The notes beneath the pieces were generated by a model. The model searched no databases. It was not told the origin of the DNA and was given only the letters and a program-made list of their open reading frames with translations. From positions 39,792,388-39,856,387 of the forward strand of contig NC_092670.1 in the NCBI RefSeq assembly GCF_964355755.1: a stretch of DNA of 64,000 nt. The letters run 5' to 3'. Position numbers and translations under genes: made by a program. Source of the DNA: Antedon mediterranea (lineage: Eukaryota > Animalia > Echinodermata). Of the stretch, positions 27,849-40,615 are shown piece by piece (within the stretch, counting starts at the first letter, position 1; every line of letters starts with the position of its first letter).

Positions 27849-29123
27849 TTTCAGTGATGATTTCTGGTGGAAAAAAGAAAAATTATATGATTATTTATTG
27901 AAGAAACAGGTGCAGAAAAAACGGAGCAATGTAATATTAACAGTCTGTCAAAAATAGATATCAGAAATTATTTAGGTCATAATTAGTAAGTAGGGGGAGC
28001 ATGCACACCTAACGCTACCTCTGGAATGTTCCAACAGGACTCATTATTAATTTAGTTTTTGACCTGAAACAGGAATTCCTGTATATTTACCTGATCAAAA
28101 TTATTGTTTGGATTAAACTCCAATGCCTAATTTAAACTGACACTGTACACAGATGTGTGGGTTAATTAAAACAAGACAGTTTTATACTGGTAGTACTTAT
28201 ATTCATGACAGTTCTTAATGAACTTTCGGCAAAACATTTCAAAGGTAAAAATGTACATTTTTAACATATCATTATCATAAAAATATTTTTTATAAAGCAT
28301 ACTTAAAAGAATAAAATTCCTATTATTATTATATACAACATATTGGTATGAATATTCTTAAATATTTTAATATTTAAATTTCCTTTTCTTAAATATTAAA
28401 ATTGATTTTGTTTTAATACAGCATAATTTAGATTTCATTAATTATATGTATCTTTTAAAATAATTTCATACATAAATTTGCATTGATAAACTTTATTGTA
28501 ATAAATAATATAATTATAAAGGAGTATAGAAGCACTTTAAATGTAAGTATTGTACACAATAGGGTTGTGAAACCCAATGCATAAATGCACTGTCAAATGT
28601 CATTTAAATTATTACTTAATAAAAGTTTATGGACACTCAAGTTTATTTTTTATCAAAGTCGGTATCCATCTCTAAGTGATTCTGGTAACTGTACTATATA
28701 CTTCTATACTGTATCTATATTTCTTGCAGTATCATAGGCATATTCTGCCATACACTACAGTGTCACATGTTACATAACCATACCATATACAGGGATCACA
28801 TGTGATACAAATGTGACGCTGTATTACAGAAATTGATTATGATACTAGACAGATAATGTCATACGTGGCGATACAGTACAGAGAATTGGATGCCGCCGCT
28901 GCAATGCATGTAAATAAACAATACCCTTTAAATTGTAATGTACTTTCGCTATTAACATAATAAGCCTAGAGCTTACGGTAGACGTCTCAGATTTGCGATT
29001 GCGTGTATCTCGTGGGATTACGCATACTTCAAAATCCTTACTACATTAAATATTCAACAAATGTAAGAGTCGGGTGGCATTCAATCAAATTGTTATCAAT
29101 CAAATATTTTTGTAAATAACTAA

Positions 29124-29271
29124 AGCTCTGTCTACACTATCAAAACTATTTTGACAAAAAAAGTATGATTTTCTCAAATATGGTAGTGATATGTCCAAAT
29201 ATGGTTAGAGATATTGTCATGTCTATTATATATGGGCACATCACATAAAGTTTGATAGTCAAGACAGAGCT
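29124..29271. mobile_element. MITE family A
   Basis: TIRs with TAA duplication. Confidence 0.88.
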
Positions 29272-29872
29272 TAATACAAAATACATTTCCTTATCAATAA
29301 TTATTTAGTTTTTGTTAACAATTAAGTAAAAAAAAAAAACACAATTTTAGCAATTTGACTTTCATTTGATTTTTAATTTCATTATGATTCTGCATGAAAA
29401 CTTTCAATAAAATCAAGAGAAGAGAATATTTGTCTTTGGTAATTGTAAATTTCACGATTAACCTTTTGACGCGAGTGGGCGTAATCAATTGAACAATTAG
29501 ATTGTCCAGTTTGATTATTACAGAGCTCCCTCATGTATACGAGCACAAGGGCTTGTAGACGGGAAATGTTAGGTGCATCAAAGACACAACATGTATTGAT
29601 GAAAACATATTATAAAAAGAATTGGTTTCCATATGGTTATGATGCCTTGATATTATTCACTACAACAACAGCGCTGTCTTGTGTGAGGATTAAAGTATAA
29701 AACAAAATGTTTTGATAATGTACTGTTGATACTGATGATGATGATCGTAAAGAAGAATACTCTTGAAAATTATAATGAAAATGTAGTACAGTTTTAAAAT
29801 AATATTAAAAATGAAAGTGATGAAAAAACTGTTCATGATGGGCGATGACAAATACTATTGACAATGTGATAA

Positions 29873-30183
29873 TGCACTTGTCAATTGTATGACCCACTAT
29901 ACGACCCCCGGGAGTCATGTGCGTCATACTTTTGAATACCATGACGCACCCGTGCGTCAAAAAAGTGACTTACCTTTAGGTGACCATGACGCACCCATTT
30001 TGACGCACTGTGACCATGTTGTTTATGATATGGTGGGTGGTAAAGTGACGGACATTGACACACCTTGTTCATTGATATGACGTACCATCTAGGTTTTTTG
30101 ACGCACCCCTGCGTCAGTAATTATTTGTAAATGACGCACCTCTCCCGGGGGTCATATAGTGGGTCATACAATTGACAAGTGCA
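29873..30183. mobile_element. Non-autonomous TIR DNA transposon (TAA TSD, Harbinger-like)
   Basis: About 42-bp near-perfect TIR tgcacttgtcaattgtatgacccactata.gacccccgggag with TAA on both sides; internal tgacgcacc repeats. Confidence 0.88.
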
Positions 30184-31325
30184 TAATGGTTTGTTGATAA
30201 TAATGATGATGATTTGTTGGTAATAATGATGATGACTCGTTGATAATAATGATGATGATTTGTTGATAATAATGATGATGATCTTTTTTATTTTTTATTC
30301 TATTTTATTTTATTCAATTTCCAGGTAACATACAAAAATCATAAACAATGTTGATAATAATGATGATGGTTTGTTGATAATAATGATGATTTGTTAATAA
30401 TAATGATGATGATTTGTTGATAATGATGATGATTTGTTGCTAATAATGGTGATGATTTGTTGATAATAGGGAAGTTTCGCAACCTTACGAATACGACAAC
30501 GGATACGTCACACATTATTTTGTTAAACTTTTGAGCTGATCCCCATTTCATAGTCGTAAGCGTATTCGTGTTGACGAATATCACCAGTCATATTCGTAAC
30601 TACAAAACGACATACGGTACATGATTGATGATTATAATATAACTATAGATTTATTGAAAGTAATTTACTAAAGTAATTTACTAAAATGCCAGGTCAATTT
30701 TGATAAATAGCAGTTTTTAAAGTCCTTACTCGCTTTGATGTTACGCTAGGCCTAGGCAGCCAAGCACACCAAGCAACATGTATCTGCGCTTTGCTCAAAT
30801 TTACCGCAGTCATATTTTGGACGGCGCCCTCAATATTTCGTTGCCATGTGAGACAGATTTTTACTGGCTTACGAAAAACGAATACGTGTGCGTGACGTAT
30901 TCGTTTTTGTTATCGCAAAACCTCTCTATTAATGATGATGGTTTGTTGATAATAATGATGATGACTTGTTGATAATAATGATGATTTGTTGCTAATAATG
31001 GTGATGATTTGTTGATAATAATGGTGATGATTTGTTGATAATAATGGTGATGATTTGTTGATAATAATGATGATGATTTGTTGCTAATAATGATGATGAT
31101 TTGTTGCTAATAATGGTGATGATTTGTTGCTAATAATGGTGATGATTTGTTGATAATAATGATGATGATTTGTTGCTAATAATGGTGATGATTTGTTGAT
31201 AATAATGATGATGATTTGTTGCTAATAATAATGATGATTTGTTGATAATAATGATGATGATTTGTTGCTAATAATGATGATGATTTTTTGATAATAATGA
31301 TGATGGTTTGTTGATAATAATGAAG
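30184..31325. repeat. 23-bp (gatgatgatttgttgataataat) minisatellite interrupted by a transposon
   Basis: Arrays at about 30184-30465 and 30929-31325. Confidence 0.9.
30468..30927. mobile_element. ISL2EU/Harbinger-like non-autonomous element inserted in the minisatellite
   Basis: Imperfect TIRs agggaagtttcgca..cgaatacg / cgtattcg..cgcaaaacctctct; AT on both flanks. Confidence 0.65.
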
Positions 31326-34300
31326 ATGGAAAATGATGAAAATGGTGAAATTAATGATGAAGATGACAATACTGTTGATATTGATAAATCTGTTCTGTTA
31401 TATTTCACAATGCATCAATAAAATTAATATCTAAATTATTATTATCATTAATTGGAAGAAACCAAATAAGCTCAAGAGAGCTATAGTTAAGCTTGGTTTC
31501 ACCAGAACAAGATTAAATGATAGTGATGATTGTGATCAGATGTTAATGATGACAGCAAATAAAAGGAAATGAACAACATAATTAGCTCACCTGTTAGTGT
31601 TAGCAATAATGAATCCACAGATGTGTAGCGGTGATCGTATACTCTAGATATCTGCAAAGAGATGAACTATGCATTATGTATGTAAACACACAAGTATGTC
31701 AAATATATGCCGGTTGGATTATTCAAAATACTACCAGTGGTTTAAAGCCACTGAATAATATTATATTTATTAAAATGAATGTATTTTACATTTGATGGTA
31801 GGATTCTCTCTATTGAACGAATTTAGGATATAATTATGGTTAACATTGACCAGTATGTAAATGATAATGTATATGATATTCACTATTTACTGTTCATAGT
31901 GGTTAGCTACTGTACACGCTGTGCATCATACACATTTGTGTACTCGTTTTATAGGAAGGTGGTTGAATAAAGAAGTATTACAAATTACAGAAATTATTCC
32001 AAGTTGTTAAGAATAAGAATTTGGTGGACTTCACAATAAAAATAAAAATTTTGAATTCAGTTTTACTTCAAAAGATCAGCAGCAAAATAGATTAAAGAAA
32101 ATATATACAAAACTACTACATTGATAAATGTAAGTTTAGCAGAAGTACATTGTGATAGAAACCAATTTATTATAATTTAAACAAACTAGCCTCAGTAAAG
32201 TTTAAATAGTTTGAGATTTTTCATTGTAAAGACTCTTTTCAATAAATATACTACTATATTTCTGAGTTTTCTTAATCAGATAATTTATGATTCCTACAAG
32301 ACATGGATGGCATTATCAACTTTCAAGATTAATATTGAATATTAATCAAATGTATGCTTTATTAGACAACTCACAAAGAGCAAACATAACAAATACAAAC
32401 AGAAGAGTAATGTATTTAAAAAAATATATTCAGACATGAACATCTCATAACTACTGTCTACAACATCATGGAGTAGTAATGCATCTCAATATTTATCAGC
32501 AAATGTTTTCATGGATTCTCTTTCTTCCCAGATGTGCTTTGTGGTGTGCGCATGATCAGTCCAAGCTTTCAAATACCCATTTTTTCCGTAAACTATAAGC
32601 TACCGCATGGTAACAGTGTTTCCTAATGCTTCCGTTCCCTTGAATATAACTTCCTAAAGAAGCGGCGTGAAAATCTTTATACAAACTGACTGAGTCTGAT
32701 TTACAATGCTTTAAACAAAATCCTAAATTGTTTCAGAATCTTTATGTTGCATTAATAAATAAACCGCTTTTCCCATATTATTTTATAATGATTTATTCTG
32801 CTAAATTTTAAATAGATGCAGCCTAGTTATTCATGCAAAAATATTCAATGTATTAAGATGCAATTTAGTGACTTGTAATTCTATATTATGTTGTCCGAAG
32901 GCTGTTTTTAAGATGAAAGTAATGCTAAGGATCGTAGTATCAAATACAATGCATTCTCATATTGCTGTTTTGAAGTGATAGTGAAACTATAATAGTGGAA
33001 TACTTGAATACAGTGAATTAAGAGGAAATAACAATTGATAACTGGAAACTGGATAAACACAGAACATAATGTGGACACATACTTTCAGAGACAATAAACC
33101 CAGACAACAATGCAAACGAACAATCAAACAAAATTACGTAGACGACATGAATTGAACTTAAATCGAAAAATAACGCGCTTACAATTTGTTTTATCTTAAG
33201 GTGTTTAAATACGTTATTATTCCAGAACCAACAACATATTCACAGGACATACTTTAAATGGATTGGTGAGCTCCATTCTTTAAGAATATGGGTGGGATAT
33301 TTATTGTATTCTAAACTCAAATTGTACTCTAAATTGTTATTGTCATGACCTTATTTTCTTTTATATATATTTACAAATGCATTTCTTTTATTTTCGTTTT
33401 TGGGTCTTGCATGACAAGAAATTTCTTTTTGCAATATCCTCTATTAATGGTATCGTTGTATTGTTTCAATAATAATAATTTAATTAATGTTGAATGTGTA
33501 TCCACAACCCAATTCATTAATTATTGAAATTCCATTCTTAAGTTTCCAGAAATCTAATATTACACTACTTTATCTGTTTCAAAGCAAATTTATTGTTTTA
33601 AATTCGAACCAACATTGGCACAAGAGCAGCACTGAGAGAAATTGATATTAAAATTCTATTCATTATCAATTTTTTTTCGGTTATATAACATTTTGGTTAA
33701 ATGAATTAGGGATCTTTGATGCACCTAACATTTCCCGTCTACACATTAGTACAGTAATTGTTCCATTTTTAATTTCTTAAAATCTAATATTACACAACTT
33801 TATCTGCGTTTTAAAACAAATTTATTGCTTTAAATGGCTTCAAACCAACGTTGAAAAATGAGCAGTATTGAGAGAATTTGATTTTGGTTATATAACATTG
33901 TGGCTATTTGTTTACTTTAGTACAGTAATTACTGGTAGTAGTATTCTCAGTTGAATAGTACTTTAATACAGAATAAACACCTTCTAATCATAGCAAGCCA
34001 GCGTATTCATTCACTGTAAACCTTTCACTTACATACTGCTACATGCTGATGGATTCATATATTATGTATAGCTTCTTTTTTGTGTATAATAATAATAATC
34101 AATGCTTATTATTAAAGTCAATTTGTGTATCTTTATTAGGGATCACTTTGGCAGATCCATGATTTTGAAATAAGAGGGGAGGGGTGCCTAAAGGGATTAA
34201 GTAGTGAAATGAAGTGTTGAACTTAACTTGATGTCCTATCTTTTGCATTACAATTTGTGAAATGAGGGGGTCCAGGCCGGCTGGGTTGAATCTCCCCTGG

Positions 34301-34339
34301 ACCAGGTCAAAATGATTCTACTGTACTACATAGTTTACT

Positions 34340-34374
34340 CATGGAGGTATAAAATCTAATTTTATACCTCCATG
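34340..34374. mobile_element. 35-bp perfect palindrome, P-element-like footprint
   Basis: catggaggtataaaat-cta-attttatacctccatg; 8-bp flanks agtttact/ggtttact (7/8 match). Confidence 0.65.
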
Positions 34375-35607
34375 GGTTTACTGTTAAACTACTTATGTAA
34401 TTACTTAGATTAGGTTTGTTGGTTTATCAAACTGTCTAAATTGACCTTTTTGTAGTAAAATATGTAGTTACTGCAGTAAAAATGTAAATGAATATATGTA
34501 TAAGATAACAATTAAAATATATGAATGAATTATGTAAAGGAACCAATAAAATGTGAATATATTAGGATTAAAAAAATATTATTGCAGAAATCATCAAATA
34601 AAAAATAAATAAATAAAATGATGACAGATAAAAACAAATTAGCAAAGGCATAGTAATTTAAAACAAATATACTGCAGTATGATTGAAAAAATAAAGAAAT
34701 GACAGAAATAAAATGAGATAAGATACATGACGTTCCAACATTATACATTAAAGGTCAAACACAGTTTACTATCAAGCCTCTGATAAGCTTTCATCAAGAA
34801 TTCAAATAAATTATTTAAAATAATAATTAGGCTTTATAATGGATTTAATTACAGCCACTCACAAAAAGCTTACTGTAATATAATCATAAGCTCCTATTTC
34901 ACAATTAGCATAATACTACAGTAAACCTTATATTTACAAGCTTATGTAGAATGAATCTTCTTGCCATATTATGCAGCAGTAGCAGCATAACCTTTGCTAT
35001 GGCAACAGTACAAAGCCACCCTCATCGACAAACCATATGGTATCTATAGTACACCAATACAATTTCAAATGATAAATACTGTATAATTTTATTTGTTTCC
35101 ATTTCAAAATTAAGTAGTAATATTATTTAGGTAAATATAATATCATTTTATTAAAATTAAAGTATAAATTAAATTGCCAGTTGTGCTTCTTGATGTCCAA
35201 TGTAAATTTCCTTAAAGCTCTGTTTACACTATCAAACTTTATGGGACAAAAAATATGATGTGCCCATATATGGACATGATAATGTCATATAACTACCATA
35301 TTTGGGAACATCACACTTTTTTTGACAACTAGCTTGATAGTGTAGACAGTACTTTACATTGGCAATATCGAACAGGGTATACATGTTGGTGATACCCTTA
35401 AACTTTAGCCTTGGTTGGTTGTCTGCATTTCCTCTTATAGTGATACGCTTTATTTTACTTGGAAAATAACGTTATCTTTAGAAAAGTATTCTAGTTAGTA
35501 TTTCTTATTAATAATAGTTCTTATTATTTCCTTTAAAAACACAATTCTTTCCTGTTATTTCAGAGAGAGCCATAAAGAATAAATCCTAAAATCTATATAT
35601 AGAAAAC

Positions 35608-35646
35608 CATAGAGACATTATAGAGTATAGTTCACTAATATCTCTG
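35608..35646. mobile_element. 39-bp P-element-like remnant
   Basis: catagagacatta...taatatctctg between perfect 7-bp repeats agaaaac. Confidence 0.55.
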
Positions 35647-36077
35647 AGAAAACCAAGCTATTTTATTTCCTGAACAGATAAATTCAATTTCTTTTATAGC
35701 GATATAAAATATTAGTGCCAAAATTATTATCGTAAAATTTTACAACAATGACTTTTATTGACACTACAGATATATAACGGAATTTATTGGTCAGACGTTT
35801 TGCCCTGCACTAACATTCTGTATCATGTATTAGAACCCATGACATCCACGTTATCTTCCTAACTTAATAAATATTGTTTCTAAAGCAACATTTAGGATAA
35901 AAATTAATTTTAATATTTGTAAAGCTTGTCTGAATTTTCTTAAACAGGGTCGGTTCTTATAAACCACTTTAATCTTTGTGTAGTTGCATAAAATTCATAT
36001 TTAACACTAATAAATTATTATTTTTAGTGAGTACTTAAAACAATGAATAAAACAACAATAAAATAAGCACAGAAAAA

Positions 36078-36845
36078 AATGACAATGTTGTGGGTATCAG
36101 TGGCTGGATCTCAATGGAGATACAAAATGACAATGTTGTGGGTATCAGTGGCTGGATCTCAGTGGAGATACAAAATGACAATGTTGTGGGTATCAGTGGC
36201 TGGATCTCAGTGGAGATACAACATGACAATGCTGTGGGTATCAGTGGCTGGATCTCAATGGAGATACAAAATGACAATGTTGTGGGTATCAGTGGCTGGA
36301 TCTCAGTGGAGATACATAATGACAATGTTGTGGGTATCAGTGGCTGGATCTCAGTGGAGATACAAAATGACAATGCTGTGGGTATCAGTGGCTGGATCTC
36401 AATGGAGATACAAAATGACAATGTTGTGGGTATCAGTGGCTGGATCTCAGTGGAGATACATAATGACAATGCTGTGGGTATCAGTGGCTGGATCTCAGTG
36501 GAGATACATAATGACAATGCTGTGGGTATCAGTGGCTGGATCTCAGTGGAGATACATAATGACAATGTTGTGGGTATCAGTAGCTGGATCTCAATGGAGA
36601 TACAAAATGACAATGTTGTGGGTATCAGTGGCTGGATCTCAGTGGAGATACATAATGACAATGCTGTGGGTATCAGTGGCTGGATCTCAATGGAGATACA
36701 TAATGACAATGCTGTGGGTATCAGTGGCTGGATCTCAATGGAGATACAAAATGACAATGCTGTGGGTATCAGTGGCTGGATCTCAATGGAGATACATAAT
36801 GACAATGCTGTGGGTATCAGTGGCTGGATCTCAGTGGAGATACAA
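36078..36845. repeat. 48-bp minisatellite, 16 copies
   Basis: Unit aatgacaatg(t/c)tgtgggtatcagtggctggatctca(a/g)tggagatac(aa/at); accounts for the three repetitive ORFs in the track. Confidence 0.97.
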
Positions 36846-36903
36846 TAAAAAATAAGCAAATCAAGCTACGGTAAATCAAAAAGTAAAACAGCCATTAAAA
36901 TTA

Positions 36904-36940
36904 GCAGAGCTTTCGGGCAACACTAGCCCTTCATCAGTGC
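36904..36940 (-). ncRNA. Minimal type I hammerhead ribozyme motif (Penelope-type)
   Basis: Minus strand gca-CTGATGA-a-gggc(tagtgtt)gccc-GAAA-gc-tc/tgc: stem I gca/tgc, stem II gggc/gccc, palindromic AGCT replacing stem III. Confidence 0.78.
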
Positions 36941-37659
36941 ATTTATAATAATAAAATAGAGGCTAAATAAAAGAAATAAAGTGATTTAATTACTTGTAAT
37001 AAGTATTTACCAATCTATATTACAATATGCACAGCCATGGCCAGCAAGCACACTCAGCAAACTACTATAAAAAATGGAATGCATGGATGGGTAAATCAAT
37101 AAGTGTGCCTGGCTAGGAATCACGATTCAAGCAGGTCGTTTTACATTGAAAACAAAGTTACAAGTGCTGCAGTTAATAGCTACATTTCCTGTATACAAAT
37201 ATGGTAGTGATGTGCCCAAATATGGTAGTGATATGACATCATGTACATATAGGCACATCACATTTTGTTGTCACATAAAGTTTGATAGTGTAGACAGAGC
37301 TTTATTTTACTACCCAAATATGGCAGTGATGTGCCCAAATATGGTAGTTGATGTGCCTAAATATGTAGTGATGTGCCCAAATTTGGTAGTGATATGCCCA
37401 AATATGGTAGTGATATGACATCATCCTGTCGATATATGGCCACAGCACATTTTTTTGTCACATAAAGTTTGATAGTGTAGACAGTGCTTGAGAGAATTAT
37501 TTAATCCATCCAACTGTTTCCAGCTGTTCACATATCCGTCACCCATTTTGAAAGTTATCTACCCAAGCAAAGCCACCCTTTCTCATCCTAGATATATTTG
37601 TAATGAGACATCATCAGAATACTTCAGTATTATTTATAGTGAATCAGCATTTATGCAAA

Positions 37660-39127
37660 TATCATACCAGTAAATTTGCATTTCTATATAATTTTATGCA
37701 AAAAAGTATATTTGTCTGTTGTTTATTATGCCACTGGATAAATCTAATTCCGTACTTTTTAAATTGTGATTCTTGAAAAATTCATATGAATTAATTAGTA
37801 AGGTCTTAGTTAAAATGGATTCTAATCAAATGCAATTCAAGTTATTAAAGCTTATTAAATCTTATCAAAATAGGATGACCCTGAAATCACATCACAAACG
37901 TCTAACTGTTAATTATTTTAATATTAGTTCCATCTATATTAGACTTTATTATTATTTCCAATGTAATGCGTCCAATATTATCTCTCTTATTATTACACTG
38001 TACTAGTGTAATTTTCAATAGTATTAACTATTATTTTTATACTCAATTTTCAAAAAATGAATTTCTTGTAAACAATATAACATATTCAAGAACACACTGC
38101 TCTATATTATGAATATATTGGTTTTTTTTTAATCAAAAATAATTTAAATAATTCCTAAAATGTGTTTCACGTAGAAAATAGAATAATGAAAGTATAGAAC
38201 ACACATCTCTATAATAAAACTGCACCTAAATTCCTTGTTTTTTAAATAAAAAATAAATTTTTTAGATCGAATAATTCCTGAAATGTGTCTCACGTAATAG
38301 AAATAATTGAATGTTGCGAAGGCAAACAATATAGAACACATAGACTCTATAATAAATTTTACCTAAATTCCTTGTTTTTTAAGGCAAAATAAATTCTTTA
38401 GATCATGGTTTAGATCGAATAATTCCTGAAATGTGTTTCACATAGAAAATAGAATAATAATGAAATGATTGAATGTTGCGAAGGCAAACAACAGTAGATA
38501 ATGGATTATTAATCACGCTGTGAAAGACATCAATTCAGAAGAACCTTGATAGAAATTGTCTGCAAGACGCACACAAAGGCAAGGTATACTCACAATTGCT
38601 GGATTCATCATTTTTAACACATAAATTACTTCAATAAGTGAATTAGAAATCATATTTGTTTTAGCTGTTTTTTATTTGAAGAAATTGAAGAGATAATAAA
38701 GAATAAATGCTATATTTTGTACGTTATGGGATGGTTGGTCAGGGATGGTTGAAAGATTTTATAAATGTTTGTTGAATTGAAAGGAATAATAAATGTTATA
38801 TTTGATTATAAACAATAATATCATACCAGTAAATTAGCATGGTTATATTATTATGCAAATTTGACTGTTGTTGAATACGGTAATTTATTATGACACTGGA
38901 TAAATCTAATTCCGTACTTTTTAAATAATGATTCTTCATAAATTCATTGGAATTAATTAGTTAAGTTCTTAGTTAAAATGGATTCTTATTAAAATGTAAT
39001 TAAAGTTATTAAATCCTATCAAAACAGGATATTCTGAAACCACATCACAAACATGCAAATGTTAATTATTTTAATATTTATAAGTTCTATATTATCTTTG
39101 TTATTTCCAATTTGTAATGCGTCCAAT
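37660..39127. repeat. Diverged about 310-bp direct duplication (37660-37977 vs 38820-39127) with short tandem duplications between
   Basis: Shared blocks atcataccagtaaatt, cactggataaatctaattccgtactttttaaat and tgtaatgcgtccaata. Confidence 0.8.
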
Positions 39128-40502
39128 AAAGAAGGAAAGTGTACATTATGTTGAAATGTTGAACAATAATGAAATTTATTTATACACATGAATATTTTCT
39201 TGGAAATAACAATGGCTACGATCTCTAAACCTAATTACAAATTAAAAAAAAAAGATTTGAATTACAAACAAAAATTGTAGAACTTTTCTACCGTAATTTC
39301 AAACTAATAAAAATGCTGAAATGTAACACGAGAGCAAATGTGAAGAACGGATCAAATGCTGAAACTAGAACCGTCTACTTTAAATACTTAAATGTAGAAA
39401 TTTAAGCCAAAAAAATAACAAAAATATGTTTGATATTCTGAACATTTAGACTTAAGATTATCTTAAGGGATCACGTTAAAAATTGTTTTACTGCAGTTAC
39501 TGCAGTAACTACATTTTTTACTGAAATACTGTAACATATGGTTCCATCTAGAAGTTTATGAGGCATGCGTATGACCGCATTACCCCAAAAATCTTGATAA
39601 ATAAATTCATAAGCAGGTTACAATATTGTTTAAAGGTTTGCAATGATACGAATGTTAGGTTTGCCATACATAATACGTTTCCAAAAGGAAAAATAGAATG
39701 TTTGAGACGTTTCGTTAATGTTATGCAATAACCATGTTCTTGAGAATAAGCAAAAGGAAGTTACTGCATTACAACTGCAGTAGAATCATTTAGACATGAA
39801 ACCTATGACTAAAGATGTGCTCAATCCAATCCTTCTTACAAGAACATTTCATTAAATTTATACTTTTGGGATTTGAGTATCCCGTCTTACGTAGTTATTT
39901 GTATTAATGTATGACAACATACGATAGATACATTACTTAAACAAAACAAAAATAACATAGCCAAGAAGAGTACTTGAAATCACCACTTGATTTTGTAATC
40001 ATTTCCACTTAAAAGTCCCCTTAAAAAATGAATCAGCAAAATATTTTTCTCTTATTATCAACATTTACATATTTTCAAATTTATTTTTTAACACAATTAG
40101 CTTTAAAAATCCCCTGAAAAGAACACTATACAATCATTTTAATATTACAAAAACCAAAATTGTAAATTGAAAAAAAAAATCCTTTTTTTTGTGTTCATAG
40201 CCTCTATAGTTTATTTGTTGTATTTTTTTTACAGTTCCACCTGAAAATACCTTCTTTCTCAGTAGAAAGCAGGCCCTATTATCAAGGTGGCTACTGTATA
40301 TCTTCAAGTTTGCGGTCTATATTTCAACCCCTATTTTTCAAGTTGGGACATCTGCCAAAACCAGTCCTTCAATTTCGAAAAATTAAATGAAACAAACGAA
40401 GGATCAATTGGTGATTGTTGTACTAAAATTATAAATGAATATACCGAACAAATCATTAAAAAAAAGTTTGGAAAAAGAATTATAGAAAAATGATGTGGAT
40501 AA

Positions 40503-40615
40503 AAAACAAGGCCAACAGCCATAAGTTGCGTGCTAAAACGCATAGTGATACCGGACCGACAGACAGACCGACCGACCGACATAGTGAACTATAGAGTCGC
40601 GTCCACACGACTAAA
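40503..40615 (+). mobile_element. Helentron/DINE-1-like non-autonomous element
   Basis: aaaacaaggcc...(gacc/gaca)n...tagagtcgcgtccacacgactaaaaa. Confidence 0.6.

Noticed and set aside
32430-32800. Minus-strand protein-like fragments (GFCLKHCKSDSVSLYKDFH..YLKAWTDHAH..)
   Set aside because: Interrupted by stops and frameshifts and unassignable by eye.
36035-36859. Three 250-274 aa ORFs, and a superficial CRISPR-like periodicity
   Set aside because: They arise from a stop-poor 48-bp tandem repeat; there are no unique spacers and no cas genes, and the context is eukaryotic.
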